59,040 nucleotides of DNA from Candidatus Kaiserbacteria bacterium RIFCSPHIGHO2_02_FULL_49_34 (GTDB lineage: Bacteria > Patescibacteriota > Minisyncoccia > Phycocordibacterales > UBA918), in NCBI GenBank assembly GCA_001781205.1, contig MFLE01000017.1:1-59040 (forward strand). Direction: 5' to 3'. Positions 8,099-17,050 of the stretch are shown here, one piece after another. The translations under genes and the position numbers were made by a program. Position 1 is the stretch's first letter. Each line of letters opens with the position of its first letter. The notes under the pieces were generated by a model. It was given only the letters and a program-made list of their open reading frames with translations. It was not told where the DNA came from and did no database searches.

Positions 8099-9388
8099 TT
8101 ATCGTGATTTCCAAAATGCATCCTGTCGCACTAAGAGTTCCTCTGCCCGCTCAGGCTCTGCCATAATCTCCTCGACCGCGCGTTCAAGTCGCATACCTTG
8201 TGAGCCTTTGATGAGCACATAGTCACCCGAAACGAGTTTTTGTTCAAGATCGCGTGCAGCTTCAAGGGCATCATCATATTGGGTAATATTTGCTTCATCG
8301 AGTCCTGCACGAAGCGCTCCTTCAGCAATACCACGCGCACGAACACCAACCGTCACGAGCATATCTACACTCTCTGCAGCAGCCTCGCCGATATGATGAT
8401 GCTCATCAATAGAGTATTGTCCAAGCTCGAGCATGTCACCAAGGACCGCAATGCGTCGCGTAGCGTTTTTAATGCTACGGAGCGTACGTAATGCTTCAAG
8501 CGCAGCAACCGGAGACGCATTGTACGTATCATCAATAATATGTGTCCCCTTCACCCCCGGGAGCAGTCGCATGCGTCCTGGCGCAGCGACGTGTTTTTCG
8601 AGCGATGCAATCGCTTCATTCACGGGAATCTCAAAAAGGGTCGCGACCGCTATTGCAGCGGTATGCACATATACATACCCGACACCGAGCACGTCGCGCA
8701 CCCGTACTACATGCGACGTATCTTGGGTATTGAGCACAAACTCAAAACCGACGGGTACCCCATGCTCGTAGACATTTGTCTCTGACGCACCCACGAAACT
8801 ACTTCGTGAATATCGACTAAACCCAACCGATACCTGACGCATTTCAGAAACCGCTCGTACAATACGTTCGTCATCATTGTTATACACAATAACTCCGTCA
8901 TCTTTGAGTGCATAGAGTAACTGCTTTTTCTCTTCGGCAACTGCTTCAGCTGTCGGAAAATTCTCGACATGAACAGGGACGTCGGGGAAACGAGTCAGCA
9001 CTACAATGTCAGGGCGAACCCATGAGGTAAGTTTCGCCATGTCTCCGGGGCGGTCAACACCAACTTCAAGCACCAGCACATCAGGGTAATCGCGATGCAC
9101 GAGCATGATAACAAACCCTTCTATAAGCGCTCGAATCCAGAGAAATATATTCGTGCCGGGGTTTTCGATCCCGAGTACTGAGAGTGGCACTCCAACATCC
9201 GAGTTAAAACTCTTCGCGCTTTTACGCACGTGAATTTTGTCTTTGAGCGCCGTATAGATTGCATCTTTCGTGCCAGTCTTTCCTACACTTCCTGTTATCG
9301 CAATAATAGCTGGCTTGGTACGTCGCAAGAGTCCCCGCGCCTCAGCAGTCAGCATAGCAACAAGTACATTCTTAATCACTGATTTCAT
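8099..9388 (-). CDS. murF: UDP-N-acetylmuramoyl-tripeptide--D-alanyl-D-alanine ligase
   Basis: Mur ligase P-loop ITGSVGKTGTKD, DDTYNASP, and a C-terminal domain with LIKGSQGMRLE. Start is either 9388 (MKSVIKN) or 9418. Confidence 0.85.
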   Translation of the reverse strand: MKSVIKNVLVAMLTAEARGLLRRTKPAIIAITGSVGKTGTKDAIYTALKDKIHVRKSAKSFNSDVGVPLSVLGIENPGTNIFLWIRALIEGFVIMLVHRDYPDVLVLEVGVDRPGDMAKLTSWVRPDIVVLTRFPDVPVHVENFPTAEAVAEEKKQLLYALKDDGVIVYNNDDERIVRAVSEMRQVSVGFSRYSRSSFVGASETNVYEHGVPVGFEFVLNTQDTSHVVRVRDVLGVGYVYVHTAAIAVATLFEIPVNEAIASLEKHVAAPGRMRLLPGVKGTHIIDDTYNASPVAALEALRTLRSIKNATRRIAVLGDMLELGQYSIDEHHHIGEAAAESVDMLVTVGVRARGIAEGALRAGLDEANITQYDDALEAARDLEQKLVSGDYVLIKGSQGMRLERAVEEIMAEPERAEELLVRQDAFWKSR

Positions 9389-9525
9389 AGTCCTACCAGT
9401 ATACAACAAATCCCGCACAAGCGGGATTGTATACAGGCGTAGTTTGTGTGGTAAAAACTTATCTTCAGAAACATTCTAATAACCTCCCCGTCTTTTCATA
9501 TGTACGAAAAGTCGGGGATGATTAG

Positions 9526-11229
9526 TTATCGGTCTGGTGGAATCTCATAATAACTAATCAGCTCTCGCGTCAAATTCATAAATGTCTCTGCGAGCGTTTC
9601 AGATGCATATTGCACACCTTTCGGGTCACGTGTGTAGAGCAGAATGATAAATTTCGGATCATGCGCCGGGAAGTAGCCAAAGAGTGAGTGGAAGAATCGT
9701 TCTCGGTCATACTCACCATTTTCTACAAGAAAGGACGTCCCTGTTTTTGCTGCCACACTATAGCCGTCAAGCTTGAGCGTTCCGTGTCGAAGCGCCTCAT
9801 CAACAACAATCGTCAACATATTTGAGAGAGTGTCAGTGGTTTCCTCTGCAAACACACGGTCACCTGCTGGAAAGGTAATCTTTTCTTCCGAACCATCGAG
9901 GAGACGGAGCTTTGCACCAATGCGTGGCGCAGGAAGCACGCCATCATTTGCGAGCGTTGAGAGCGCACGAATCATACCAATTGGCGTTGTAGAAATACCT
10001 TGTCCATATGATGCCGTCGCATAGTTGATGTCGTATTTTTGCTGGAGGTTACGAATATCGCCGTGCACTTCCCCGCCTGCATCGATACCTGTGGCACTAC
10101 CGAGTTTTAAGTTTTCAAAATACGTACGGAAGCGGTCTTTCCCCAGTAATTGTCCAATGTGCACCACCCCCATGTTGAGTGACTGTGAAAGCACTTGCTG
10201 CATGTCGGTCGTACCACGCGCCCGCCCGTCATAGTTACAAATTTTAAGGGTGTTGAGCGTGGTACAGCCTGAGTCATTATAGGTTGTGTAACGACCGATA
10301 ACCCCCGCATCGATACCCGCCGCAACGGTAAGTGGCTTCATAATCGATCCGAATTCATAGGCACCAAGCACATTTGGATCCATCAAAGTCTTCAGTTCTA
10401 CTCCACGACGGTCGTTTGAATCATAGGTCGGCAGTGCATCCATGGCATAAATCTCGCCAGTTTTCGGACTCATAATGATGCCGCCGGTAATTTCGCTCGA
10501 ATACTTCTCGTGCACGGAACGCAGTGCATTTTGCAAAAGATGCGCAACGGTTGGCTCAATAGTGGTGTACAAATCAGCCGCTTCAGTAGCACTCGTGGAC
10601 GCAGCACGAAGGTCAGCAAAAAGTTCTGCGAAGAGATTAGTGTTTTGCTTGGTGCTTGGACGTTGCAAGTTTTCGTCATATGCTTTCTCAACGCCGTATC
10701 GCCCCTGAAGCATATCATCCTGACTTGATGCACCAACAAATCCAATCGTACGCGCCATCACAGAACCATACGGATACACACGCCACTGCGTTTTTACCAG
10801 ATGCACCCCTGCAAGCTTAAGTGCACGAATCTGCTCCGCATCTTCCTCAGAAAGCCGTCGTTCAAGCTCACGCCAACCAAGCTTGCCCTGCGCATATTCA
10901 AAGAACTGTTCACGGTCGAGACTCGGCACGATGCTTTGGAGCTGATTATATGCATCGACATGATTTTTAAGTTCTCGATAATCGATGGCAAGAATATAGC
11001 CGCTCTGCATGGTTGCTGCCGGAAGCGGGTCACCAATGCGTGGCGTCACATAAATACTCCCTCGCTTAAAAATACCTTTTTCAATCTGTACATAATTTGC
11101 CTCACCGCGCTCTACCCAAAGTTCGTGATTCCTGACTTGAATATCATACAAGTAATAGACAAACACCACCGCAAGCACGATAAAAAAAGCGTTCAAAAGA
11201 TAGATTCGTGCAAGGAGTGTCTTTTTCAT
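9526..11229 (-). CDS. penicillin-binding protein 2 / FtsI-type D,D-transpeptidase
   Basis: N-terminal TM, then the class B PBP motifs GSIMKP (SxxK), SQSLN (SxN) and KTGTS (KTG). Confidence 0.85.
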   Translation of the reverse strand: MKKTLLARIYLLNAFFIVLAVVFVYYLYDIQVRNHELWVERGEANYVQIEKGIFKRGSIYVTPRIGDPLPAATMQSGYILAIDYRELKNHVDAYNQLQSIVPSLDREQFFEYAQGKLGWRELERRLSEEDAEQIRALKLAGVHLVKTQWRVYPYGSVMARTIGFVGASSQDDMLQGRYGVEKAYDENLQRPSTKQNTNLFAELFADLRAASTSATEAADLYTTIEPTVAHLLQNALRSVHEKYSSEITGGIIMSPKTGEIYAMDALPTYDSNDRRGVELKTLMDPNVLGAYEFGSIMKPLTVAAGIDAGVIGRYTTYNDSGCTTLNTLKICNYDGRARGTTDMQQVLSQSLNMGVVHIGQLLGKDRFRTYFENLKLGSATGIDAGGEVHGDIRNLQQKYDINYATASYGQGISTTPIGMIRALSTLANDGVLPAPRIGAKLRLLDGSEEKITFPAGDRVFAEETTDTLSNMLTIVVDEALRHGTLKLDGYSVAAKTGTSFLVENGEYDRERFFHSLFGYFPAHDPKFIILLYTRDPKGVQYASETLAETFMNLTRELISYYEIPPDR

Positions 11230-11231
11230 GG

Positions 11232-11675
11232 TTATGCATCAATTTGCGCAATACGCCGAACATGTCGTTCTTCGCCACTAAAATTTGTTGCGAGCCAAAG
11301 TCGCACCGCTTCTTTTGCCTCCTCTTCCGAAAGAAATCGTGCGCCGAGCGAAAGAATATTTGCATTATTATGTTCGCGAGAAAGGCGAACAATATCAAGG
11401 TTACCGCCATAATACACGGCCGCACGAACACCCTTTGTGCGATTCGAAGCGACAGCCTCCCCTTGCCCTGAGCCGCCTAAAATAATACCGAGCGCGTCTG
11501 CATCTGCCGCGACGGCTGTCGATACAGCTTTCATAATGGCAGGATAGTCGTCATTCTCATCAAGTGTATGCGCGCCGTGGTCAATAACCTCATATCCAAG
11601 TTCATCACGTACAAAAGGAAGCAACACTTCCTTGAGCACAAAACCTGCATGGTCAGTAGCAAAATGAATTTTCAT
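11232..11675 (-). CDS. rpiB: ribose-5-phosphate isomerase B (RpiB/LacAB family)
   Basis: 147 aa, MKIHFATDHAGFVLKE..GGSGQGEAVASNR..RHVRRIAQI, typical RpiB. Confidence 0.85.
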   Translation of the reverse strand: MKIHFATDHAGFVLKEVLLPFVRDELGYEVIDHGAHTLDENDDYPAIMKAVSTAVAADADALGIILGGSGQGEAVASNRTKGVRAAVYYGGNLDIVRLSREHNNANILSLGARFLSEEEAKEAVRLWLATNFSGEERHVRRIAQIDA

Positions 11676-11689
11676 GCCTGTAGTATACC

Positions 11690-13048
11690 TTAAAACTCAA
11701 TTTCGAACGACTCGCTGGGGGCTGGTGCGACGGCGTCGACGCCGAGGAAGTCGCGGAGGCGCTGGACGAGGAAGAGGGATGATTTTTCTTCGCCCATGGC
11801 GACGAATACTTTTTTGACGGTTGCGGCGCCCGGCTCGACAAAATCTACGAGTTGGTCACGGTCGGCATGGGCGGAGTAGCCATCGATGGTTTGGACAGTT
11901 GCACGCACGGCAATTTCTTCTCCGGCAATACGGAGTGTTTTTGCGCCGTCTTGCAGTTTTCGTCCGAGCGTGCCGACACCTTGATACCCCACAAGGAGCA
12001 CGGTGGTTGATGGGTCAGGCAAGTAGCGGCGTTCATGCGCAAGAATGCGTCCGCCGTGAGACATACCACTGCCAGCGATGATAATCTTCGCACCATGCGT
12101 ATGCTGGATTGCCTCAGAATCTTCTTTCGTGTGCGAGACTTCGAGACCTGGAAACGCAAAAATATCGTCGCCGTTGCGAATTTGTTCTTGTACATCTTCG
12201 CGCATATACTCGGGGCGATTGCGATAGACTTCCGTTACTTTTATCGCAAGCGGCGAGTCGAGAAAGATTGGGATTGACTCGATTTCTCCACTTTCAACAG
12301 CGTTATTTATTTCATACAAAAGCCCTTGTGTGCGTTCGAGTGAGAACGCGGGGATTATAAGCGTGCCATTTTTTGCACGAGCCTCTTCGATAACGGCAAG
12401 AAGCTTTGCTTTTCTGCTGGCGACATCTTCATGGGCGCGGTCACCGTAGACACTTTCCATAATGAGGTAGTCATACTTTTCGGGAATTTGTGGCGCACCG
12501 AGGAGCGGCTGCGGCTGATTGCCGATATCGCCTGAAGCAACGAATGTTTTGTCACCGCGTTTGAGGGTAATGATTGCTGATCCGAGAATGTGTCCAGCGT
12601 CGGTAAACGTTGCAGTAATATCGTCGGGGAGCGAGATTGTTTCTCCATAGGAAACAGGGCGGAACATACTTAATGCACGTTGCACATCGTGTTCGTCATA
12701 GCATGGTTCGGTGCCGCCACGTTTTGCATCTTGCCGCATAACATTGAGTGCGTCGGCAAGCATGTGCTGGGTTAGTTCTGCAGTTGCTTTTGTTGCGTAA
12801 ATCGCTCCCGAAAATCCTTCACGTACGAGCTTGGGAATACGACCGATATGGTCGGCGTGTGCATGGGTCACCAGGAGCGCATCAACACTCTTTGCATCGT
12901 AGGCAAAAACCTCGCAATTCACTTCGCTTCGGTGTTGTCCTTGGATAAGTCCGCAGTCAACAAGAAGCGTTGCCTTCCCTGTCTCGAACATGAAGTTCGC
13001 GCCTGTGGCATCATGGACACCACTCCAGAATGTAAGTTTTGTTTGCAT
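11690..13048 (-). CDS. MBL-fold beta-CASP RNA-metabolising hydrolase
   Basis: HAHADHIG metallo-beta-lactamase motif, beta-CASP-like middle region, and C-terminal YSAHADRDQL. Start taken at MQTKLTF (13048). Confidence 0.75.
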   Translation of the reverse strand: MQTKLTFWSGVHDATGANFMFETGKATLLVDCGLIQGQHRSEVNCEVFAYDAKSVDALLVTHAHADHIGRIPKLVREGFSGAIYATKATAELTQHMLADALNVMRQDAKRGGTEPCYDEHDVQRALSMFRPVSYGETISLPDDITATFTDAGHILGSAIITLKRGDKTFVASGDIGNQPQPLLGAPQIPEKYDYLIMESVYGDRAHEDVASRKAKLLAVIEEARAKNGTLIIPAFSLERTQGLLYEINNAVESGEIESIPIFLDSPLAIKVTEVYRNRPEYMREDVQEQIRNGDDIFAFPGLEVSHTKEDSEAIQHTHGAKIIIAGSGMSHGGRILAHERRYLPDPSTTVLLVGYQGVGTLGRKLQDGAKTLRIAGEEIAVRATVQTIDGYSAHADRDQLVDFVEPGAATVKKVFVAMGEEKSSLFLVQRLRDFLGVDAVAPAPSESFEIEF

Positions 13049-13305
13049 GCTTATAGTATACCCGCGAATACAAAAAAGCCCGAATGCGAACATTCAGACT
13101 TTCGGATGAGGTCACCGTGCATGTGTTCCGGTTAAAAAACACAAGTGGGTGCCATTGCCGGTAGTTCGCGAAGATGTAAAACACCCTCAACCCCCACCGC
13201 GACGCAAGCCCCCTTAAAAAAGATTAACAAAAAACATACGTTGGCGACCTCGTGGTTCATAATACTCTCACAACCCTTTGCGTCAAGTGCAGCGACGCCT
13301 GGATT

Positions 13306-13362
13306 CCCGGGGTATTTGAAAACAATATTCGCTTTGGCTCATTTGTTTTCAAATACCCGGGG
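13306..13362. repeat. 19-bp perfect inverted repeat (hairpin) downstream of the pilin gene
   Basis: cccggggtatttgaaaaca ..19 nt.. tgttttcaaatacccgggg. No T-run follows on the pilin strand. Confidence 0.6.
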
Positions 13363-13392
13363 ATGACAGATATTGGAGTTGTTTTCCTTTTA

Positions 13393-13848
13393 TTACGGAC
13401 AAGTAGGATACGTCGTACTAAACCAACTCGCGTTTACGTTCGACCCTCGTTTGCAGAAGGTGTCGTTTGTGGGAAGGAAGCGTTCGAATTTCAAAAGTAT
13501 CCCATACGAATCTCTTTCACTATTCACAATATACTGATAGTCATGATACACACTCGTGCGCGGATCAATCGGGAGCTTCTCAAGGTACTTTGGCACCAAG
13601 AACGGCGCAAGAGCATCCACACTACATGCCGACTCATTACATCCTGGCGGCGATGGGTATCCGTGTACATTATCCCCATGATAGAGTTCGATACCTGTCA
13701 TAAGCGCGGAGATATCATCAGCACGTCGCGCATCCCGTGCCTTTGCCCGAGCATTCGCCAGCGCCGTCAAAACCCCCGACGCCAAAAGCGCAATGATGGT
13801 AATCACCACCATGAGCTCGATGAGTGTAAATCCTCGTACTGTATTCAT
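13393..13848 (-). CDS. type IV pilin / pseudopilin (prepilin N-terminal methylation domain)
   Basis: MNTVRGFTLIELMVVITIIALLA is a class III signal (G/FTLIE) followed by the hydrophobic helix. Confidence 0.85.
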   Translation of the reverse strand: MNTVRGFTLIELMVVITIIALLASGVLTALANARAKARDARRADDISALMTGIELYHGDNVHGYPSPPGCNESACSVDALAPFLVPKYLEKLPIDPRTSVYHDYQYIVNSERDSYGILLKFERFLPTNDTFCKRGSNVNASWFSTTYPTCP

Positions 13849-13903
13849 GTCACTACTATACCTCACCCCAGACAAAACAAAAAACGCAGTTGCGCTTTTT
13901 GTT

Positions 13904-14389
13904 CTATTTGCATGCTCTTACTGCAGCACTAATAATTCCAGGGGCAGTTGTACTACTTACATTTGCACCTCTATAGCATGTTGAGTCATTAGCAGTTGCA
14001 ATATTTGGTGATCGTTCATATTTTATATAGATACCGTACCCGTCCGTATTGCCAATACTCTGATAGCTATAATAATTATCAACATCATTAATAGGATCTA
14101 TAGGAAGTTTATCCAGATAGGCAGGAACAAGAACGTTGGTAAGGGTACTTGTAAAAAGAGAGGATGACGGAGTAGATCCCTGGACTGGATACGCGTTATT
14201 ATCATTGTTATAAAGCTCAAGCGCCGTCATAAGCTGACGCACATCCGCCGTACGACGTGCATCACGTGCCTTTGCACGTGCGTTACCAAGCGCAACAAGT
14301 ACTGACGATGCCAAAAGACCAATGATAGTAATAACCACCATGAGCTCGATAAGGGTGAAACCTCGAACTGACGAAGAATGTGTATTCAT
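13904..14389 (-). CDS. type IV pilin / pseudopilin, tandem paralogue
   Basis: SSVRGFTLIELMVVITIIGLLASSVLVALGNARAKARDARR. The N-terminal ~60 aa are nearly identical to the neighbouring pilin, while the C-terminal domain has diverged. Confidence 0.85.
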   Translation of the reverse strand: MNTHSSSVRGFTLIELMVVITIIGLLASSVLVALGNARAKARDARRTADVRQLMTALELYNNDNNAYPVQGSTPSSSLFTSTLTNVLVPAYLDKLPIDPINDVDNYYSYQSIGNTDGYGIYIKYERSPNIATANDSTCYRGANVSSTTAPGIISAAVRACK

Positions 14390-14411
14390 ACTCAGGAGTA
14401 TACACTATTTT

Positions 14412-14449
14412 AAAAAAAACAAGCTGTGGATATCCCCAGCTTGTTTTCT
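14412..14449. terminator. intrinsic terminator
   Basis: Stem acaagctg/cagcttgt with flanking A and T runs. Confidence 0.6.
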
Positions 14450-14515
14450 CGTAATCTTTCAATTAAGTTTCTCTACAACTAGGTAGAACTTTCTAAATTG
14501 GATGAAATTCGAGGC

Positions 14516-14576
14516 GCGGTTCGTAAAATAATGCGAGTCGTATTCAACATACGGTGAGTGTTATTTTACGAACCGC
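14516..14576. repeat. GTGAGTG-core long-hairpin family, copy 1
   Basis: 16-bp outer stem gcggttcgtaaaataa/ttattttacgaaccgc encloses GCGAGT-cgtat-tcaac-atacg-GTGAGTG. The same core occurs at 44846-45001 and 50247-50358. Confidence 0.5.
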
Positions 14577-14605
14577 AACGAAGAAGTTCGCCAATTTTGG
14601 AAGTT

Positions 14606-15211
14606 CTACTCGGACTTTCCGTCGAGGTTGACGTCATACATGATGCGCTCCTGCGCAGTCGTGTAATCCATAAGTTCCGCCTCCTCGAACCAGATAGCGA
14701 TTTCGCGTTCTGCTTCTTCGGGTGATTCTGAACAGTGTACAAGGTTACGCACTGCACGGTTCTCATATGATGAGTGACCGTATGAGTCGAGCGTGTAGTC
14801 ACCACGGATAGTACCAACGTCTGACGTTGCAGGTTCAGTTGTGCCGACGAGCTTGGTGACAACGGCTACTGACTGATTCCCTTCGATAACCATTGCGAGT
14901 ACTGGTGCTGCGGTCATGTAGTGCACGATAGTGCTAATGATTTCGCGGCCGTATTCGATTGGTTCCTTTTCTACAGGAAGTCCTGCAGCCTCGAGGTCTG
15001 CGACAATGCGAGTTCCCTTCTTCAAGAACCATGCGTCATCCTTGTTGTAGTGCTTGAGAAGCTGTTCTTCCTTCGGCACAATCATCTTCATACCAACAAA
15101 TTTAAGTCCAACACGTTCGAAACGTGCGACAACTTCTCCCATAAGTGAGCGCTGAACGGTGTCTGGCTTGAGGATAACGAACGTACGTTCCTGATGTGGT
15201 TTCTTTTGCAT
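14606..15211 (-). CDS. ndk: nucleoside-diphosphate kinase (long form with insertion)
   Basis: ERTFVILKPD, GTIRGDY, and the NLVHCSES active-site region. About 50 aa longer than canonical NDK. Confidence 0.8.
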   Translation of the reverse strand: MQKKPHQERTFVILKPDTVQRSLMGEVVARFERVGLKFVGMKMIVPKEEQLLKHYNKDDAWFLKKGTRIVADLEAAGLPVEKEPIEYGREIISTIVHYMTAAPVLAMVIEGNQSVAVVTKLVGTTEPATSDVGTIRGDYTLDSYGHSSYENRAVRNLVHCSESPEEAEREIAIWFEEAELMDYTTAQERIMYDVNLDGKSE

Positions 15212-15291
15212 AGTATTATATTGTTAGAATTATGCTGGCACTATACCAGATATCTTGCTTTTTTCAACGTATATGATAAGGTACAGCCACT

Positions 15292-15534
15292 ATGGCTAAA
15301 GTATGTGATATCACTGGTAAGTCGACACAGGTCGGCGGACGCTACTCAAACCGCACTCGTGCGACGCAGTTCAATCCGTCTGGCAAGACTCGTCGCTCTC
15401 CGAACCTTCAAAAGAAGACCATTTTCGTTCCAGAATTGAATGCAAATGTGACGCTTAATGTAACAACCGCAGGTATGCGAACTATCGCAAAGAACGGCGC
15501 GTTTGCTACACTTAAGAAGGTAGGATTGATCTAA
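15292..15534 (+). CDS. rpmB: 50S ribosomal protein L28
   Basis: MAKVCDITGKSTQVGGRYSNRTRATQ.. is typical of L28. Confidence 0.85.
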   Translation: MAKVCDITGKSTQVGGRYSNRTRATQFNPSGKTRRSPNLQKKTIFVPELNANVTLNVTTAGMRTIAKNGAFATLKKVGLI

Positions 15535-15545
15535 AAGATCCCAGG

Positions 15546-16436
15546 TCACCGTGCACGACGCACGGTGATTTTTTGTGCGTCGGATTCCATAATGATCGTG
15601 CCGTTATCCGCCGTATTTAAAATTTGCGCGCCAGCTGCAGCAATACTCTCTATAACGTTCTGATGCGGATGTCCGTACGAATTATCCTTCCCCGCAGAAA
15701 TGACCGCAATCGACGGCTGTACCGCAGCGAGAAAATATGCACTCGACGATGTCTTCGAGCCGTGATGCCCTGCCTTGAGGACATCTGCCTGAATGCCTTG
15801 GGCGTAGGCGCGAACCATTTCATGCTCGGCAAACATTGGCGCATCTCCGGTCAGAAGAAAGCTGCTGGTGCCGTACGTCACCATCATCACAATCGATTCC
15901 TCATTTGCATCCTCCGCATCCATGTCTTTGAATGGAAAAAGTACCTGCACGATAACTCCTCCACCTAAATCATACACATCGCCCGAATATGCAACAACAC
16001 GATTCACATTTTTGTCAATAACTGCTACGCCTAGCTGCTTTGTTGCTTGTGTTTCTTTTTCACTTTCTATCGTGACAAATGTATCCACATCATAATTTTG
16101 AACCACTGCAGCGAGCCCACCAACGTGATCCATGTCGGGATGTGTTGCGACTACATACATGAACGCACGCTCTCTTGGCGGCGTGACTTTCGGTAATTCA
16201 CGCAATACACTGCCGTCCTTCCCGCCGTCTACCAGCAGGCTCTTTCCACTCGGTGAGCGCACATAAATAGCATCTCCCTGCCCTACATCCAAGAACGCAA
16301 CACAGAGCCGAGTAACATCACACGTCGTAGTCTCGCGTGTCGTGTGAGTATATGACACAAACAAAACCACACACAACACACTCGCTATGAGTATTGCACC
16401 TCGCATATAAAGGAACCTTGTGATATTCTTTGTCAT
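15546..16436 (-). CDS. membrane-anchored MBL-fold hydrolase (ComEC C-terminal-domain-like, stand-alone)
   Basis: N-terminal TM, then FLDVGQGDAIYV, HPDMDHVGG and KAGHHGSKTSS, as in the beta-lactamase-like domain of ComEC/Rec2. Confidence 0.7.
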   Translation of the reverse strand: MTKNITRFLYMRGAILIASVLCVVLFVSYTHTTRETTTCDVTRLCVAFLDVGQGDAIYVRSPSGKSLLVDGGKDGSVLRELPKVTPPRERAFMYVVATHPDMDHVGGLAAVVQNYDVDTFVTIESEKETQATKQLGVAVIDKNVNRVVAYSGDVYDLGGGVIVQVLFPFKDMDAEDANEESIVMMVTYGTSSFLLTGDAPMFAEHEMVRAYAQGIQADVLKAGHHGSKTSSSAYFLAAVQPSIAVISAGKDNSYGHPHQNVIESIAAAGAQILNTADNGTIIMESDAQKITVRRAR

Positions 16437-16465
16437 GAATTATTAATTTAGCAGTATATTTTATT

Positions 16466-17050
16466 ATGACCTATTCGTCAAAAATCTTTACCCTCCCTAC
16501 TCTTACGGGCATTTCAGAAGAACAAGTAGCAGTACACCTCAAGCTCTACGAAGGCTACGTTACCCACACGAACAAAATCGCAACCATCCTCGCAGCAAGT
16601 CGTGATGGCTCTGCTCCGCTCGACGCATACGTTGAAGCAGAGCTCCGCCGTCGCTTCGCGTTTGAATTCTGCGGCATGCGACTTCACGAGTACTACTTTG
16701 AACAGTTTGAGCATGGCGCAACACCGCTTGCCGATTCATCACGCGCGGCACAGCTTGCTACTGCAAAGTATGATTCAGTCGATGGATTCATTGCGCACAT
16801 TAAGGCAGTTGCTGCAACACGTGGCATCGGCTGGGTTGTCGTCACACACGACCCCGTCCTCGACACGCTTCACACAACATTCGTCGCTGATCACGAACTC
16901 GGCAACCTCGCCGGGCTCGACATTATCCTTGCACTCGACCTCTGGGAACACGCCTACATGGTAGACCGCGTTCCTGCACAAAAAATGGAATACGTCGACG
17001 CATTCTTTGCAAATCTTAATTGGGACGTTGTCGCAAAGCGACTAGCCTAA
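16466..17050 (+). CDS. sodA: Fe/Mn superoxide dismutase family protein
   Basis: DLWEHAYMVD signature. By eye, all four metal ligands align with E. coli MnSOD: H in AVHLK, H in RLHEYY, and D and H in DLWEH. Confidence 0.75.
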   Translation: MTYSSKIFTLPTLTGISEEQVAVHLKLYEGYVTHTNKIATILAASRDGSAPLDAYVEAELRRRFAFEFCGMRLHEYYFEQFEHGATPLADSSRAAQLATAKYDSVDGFIAHIKAVAATRGIGWVVVTHDPVLDTLHTTFVADHELGNLAGLDIILALDLWEHAYMVDRVPAQKMEYVDAFFANLNWDVVAKRLA

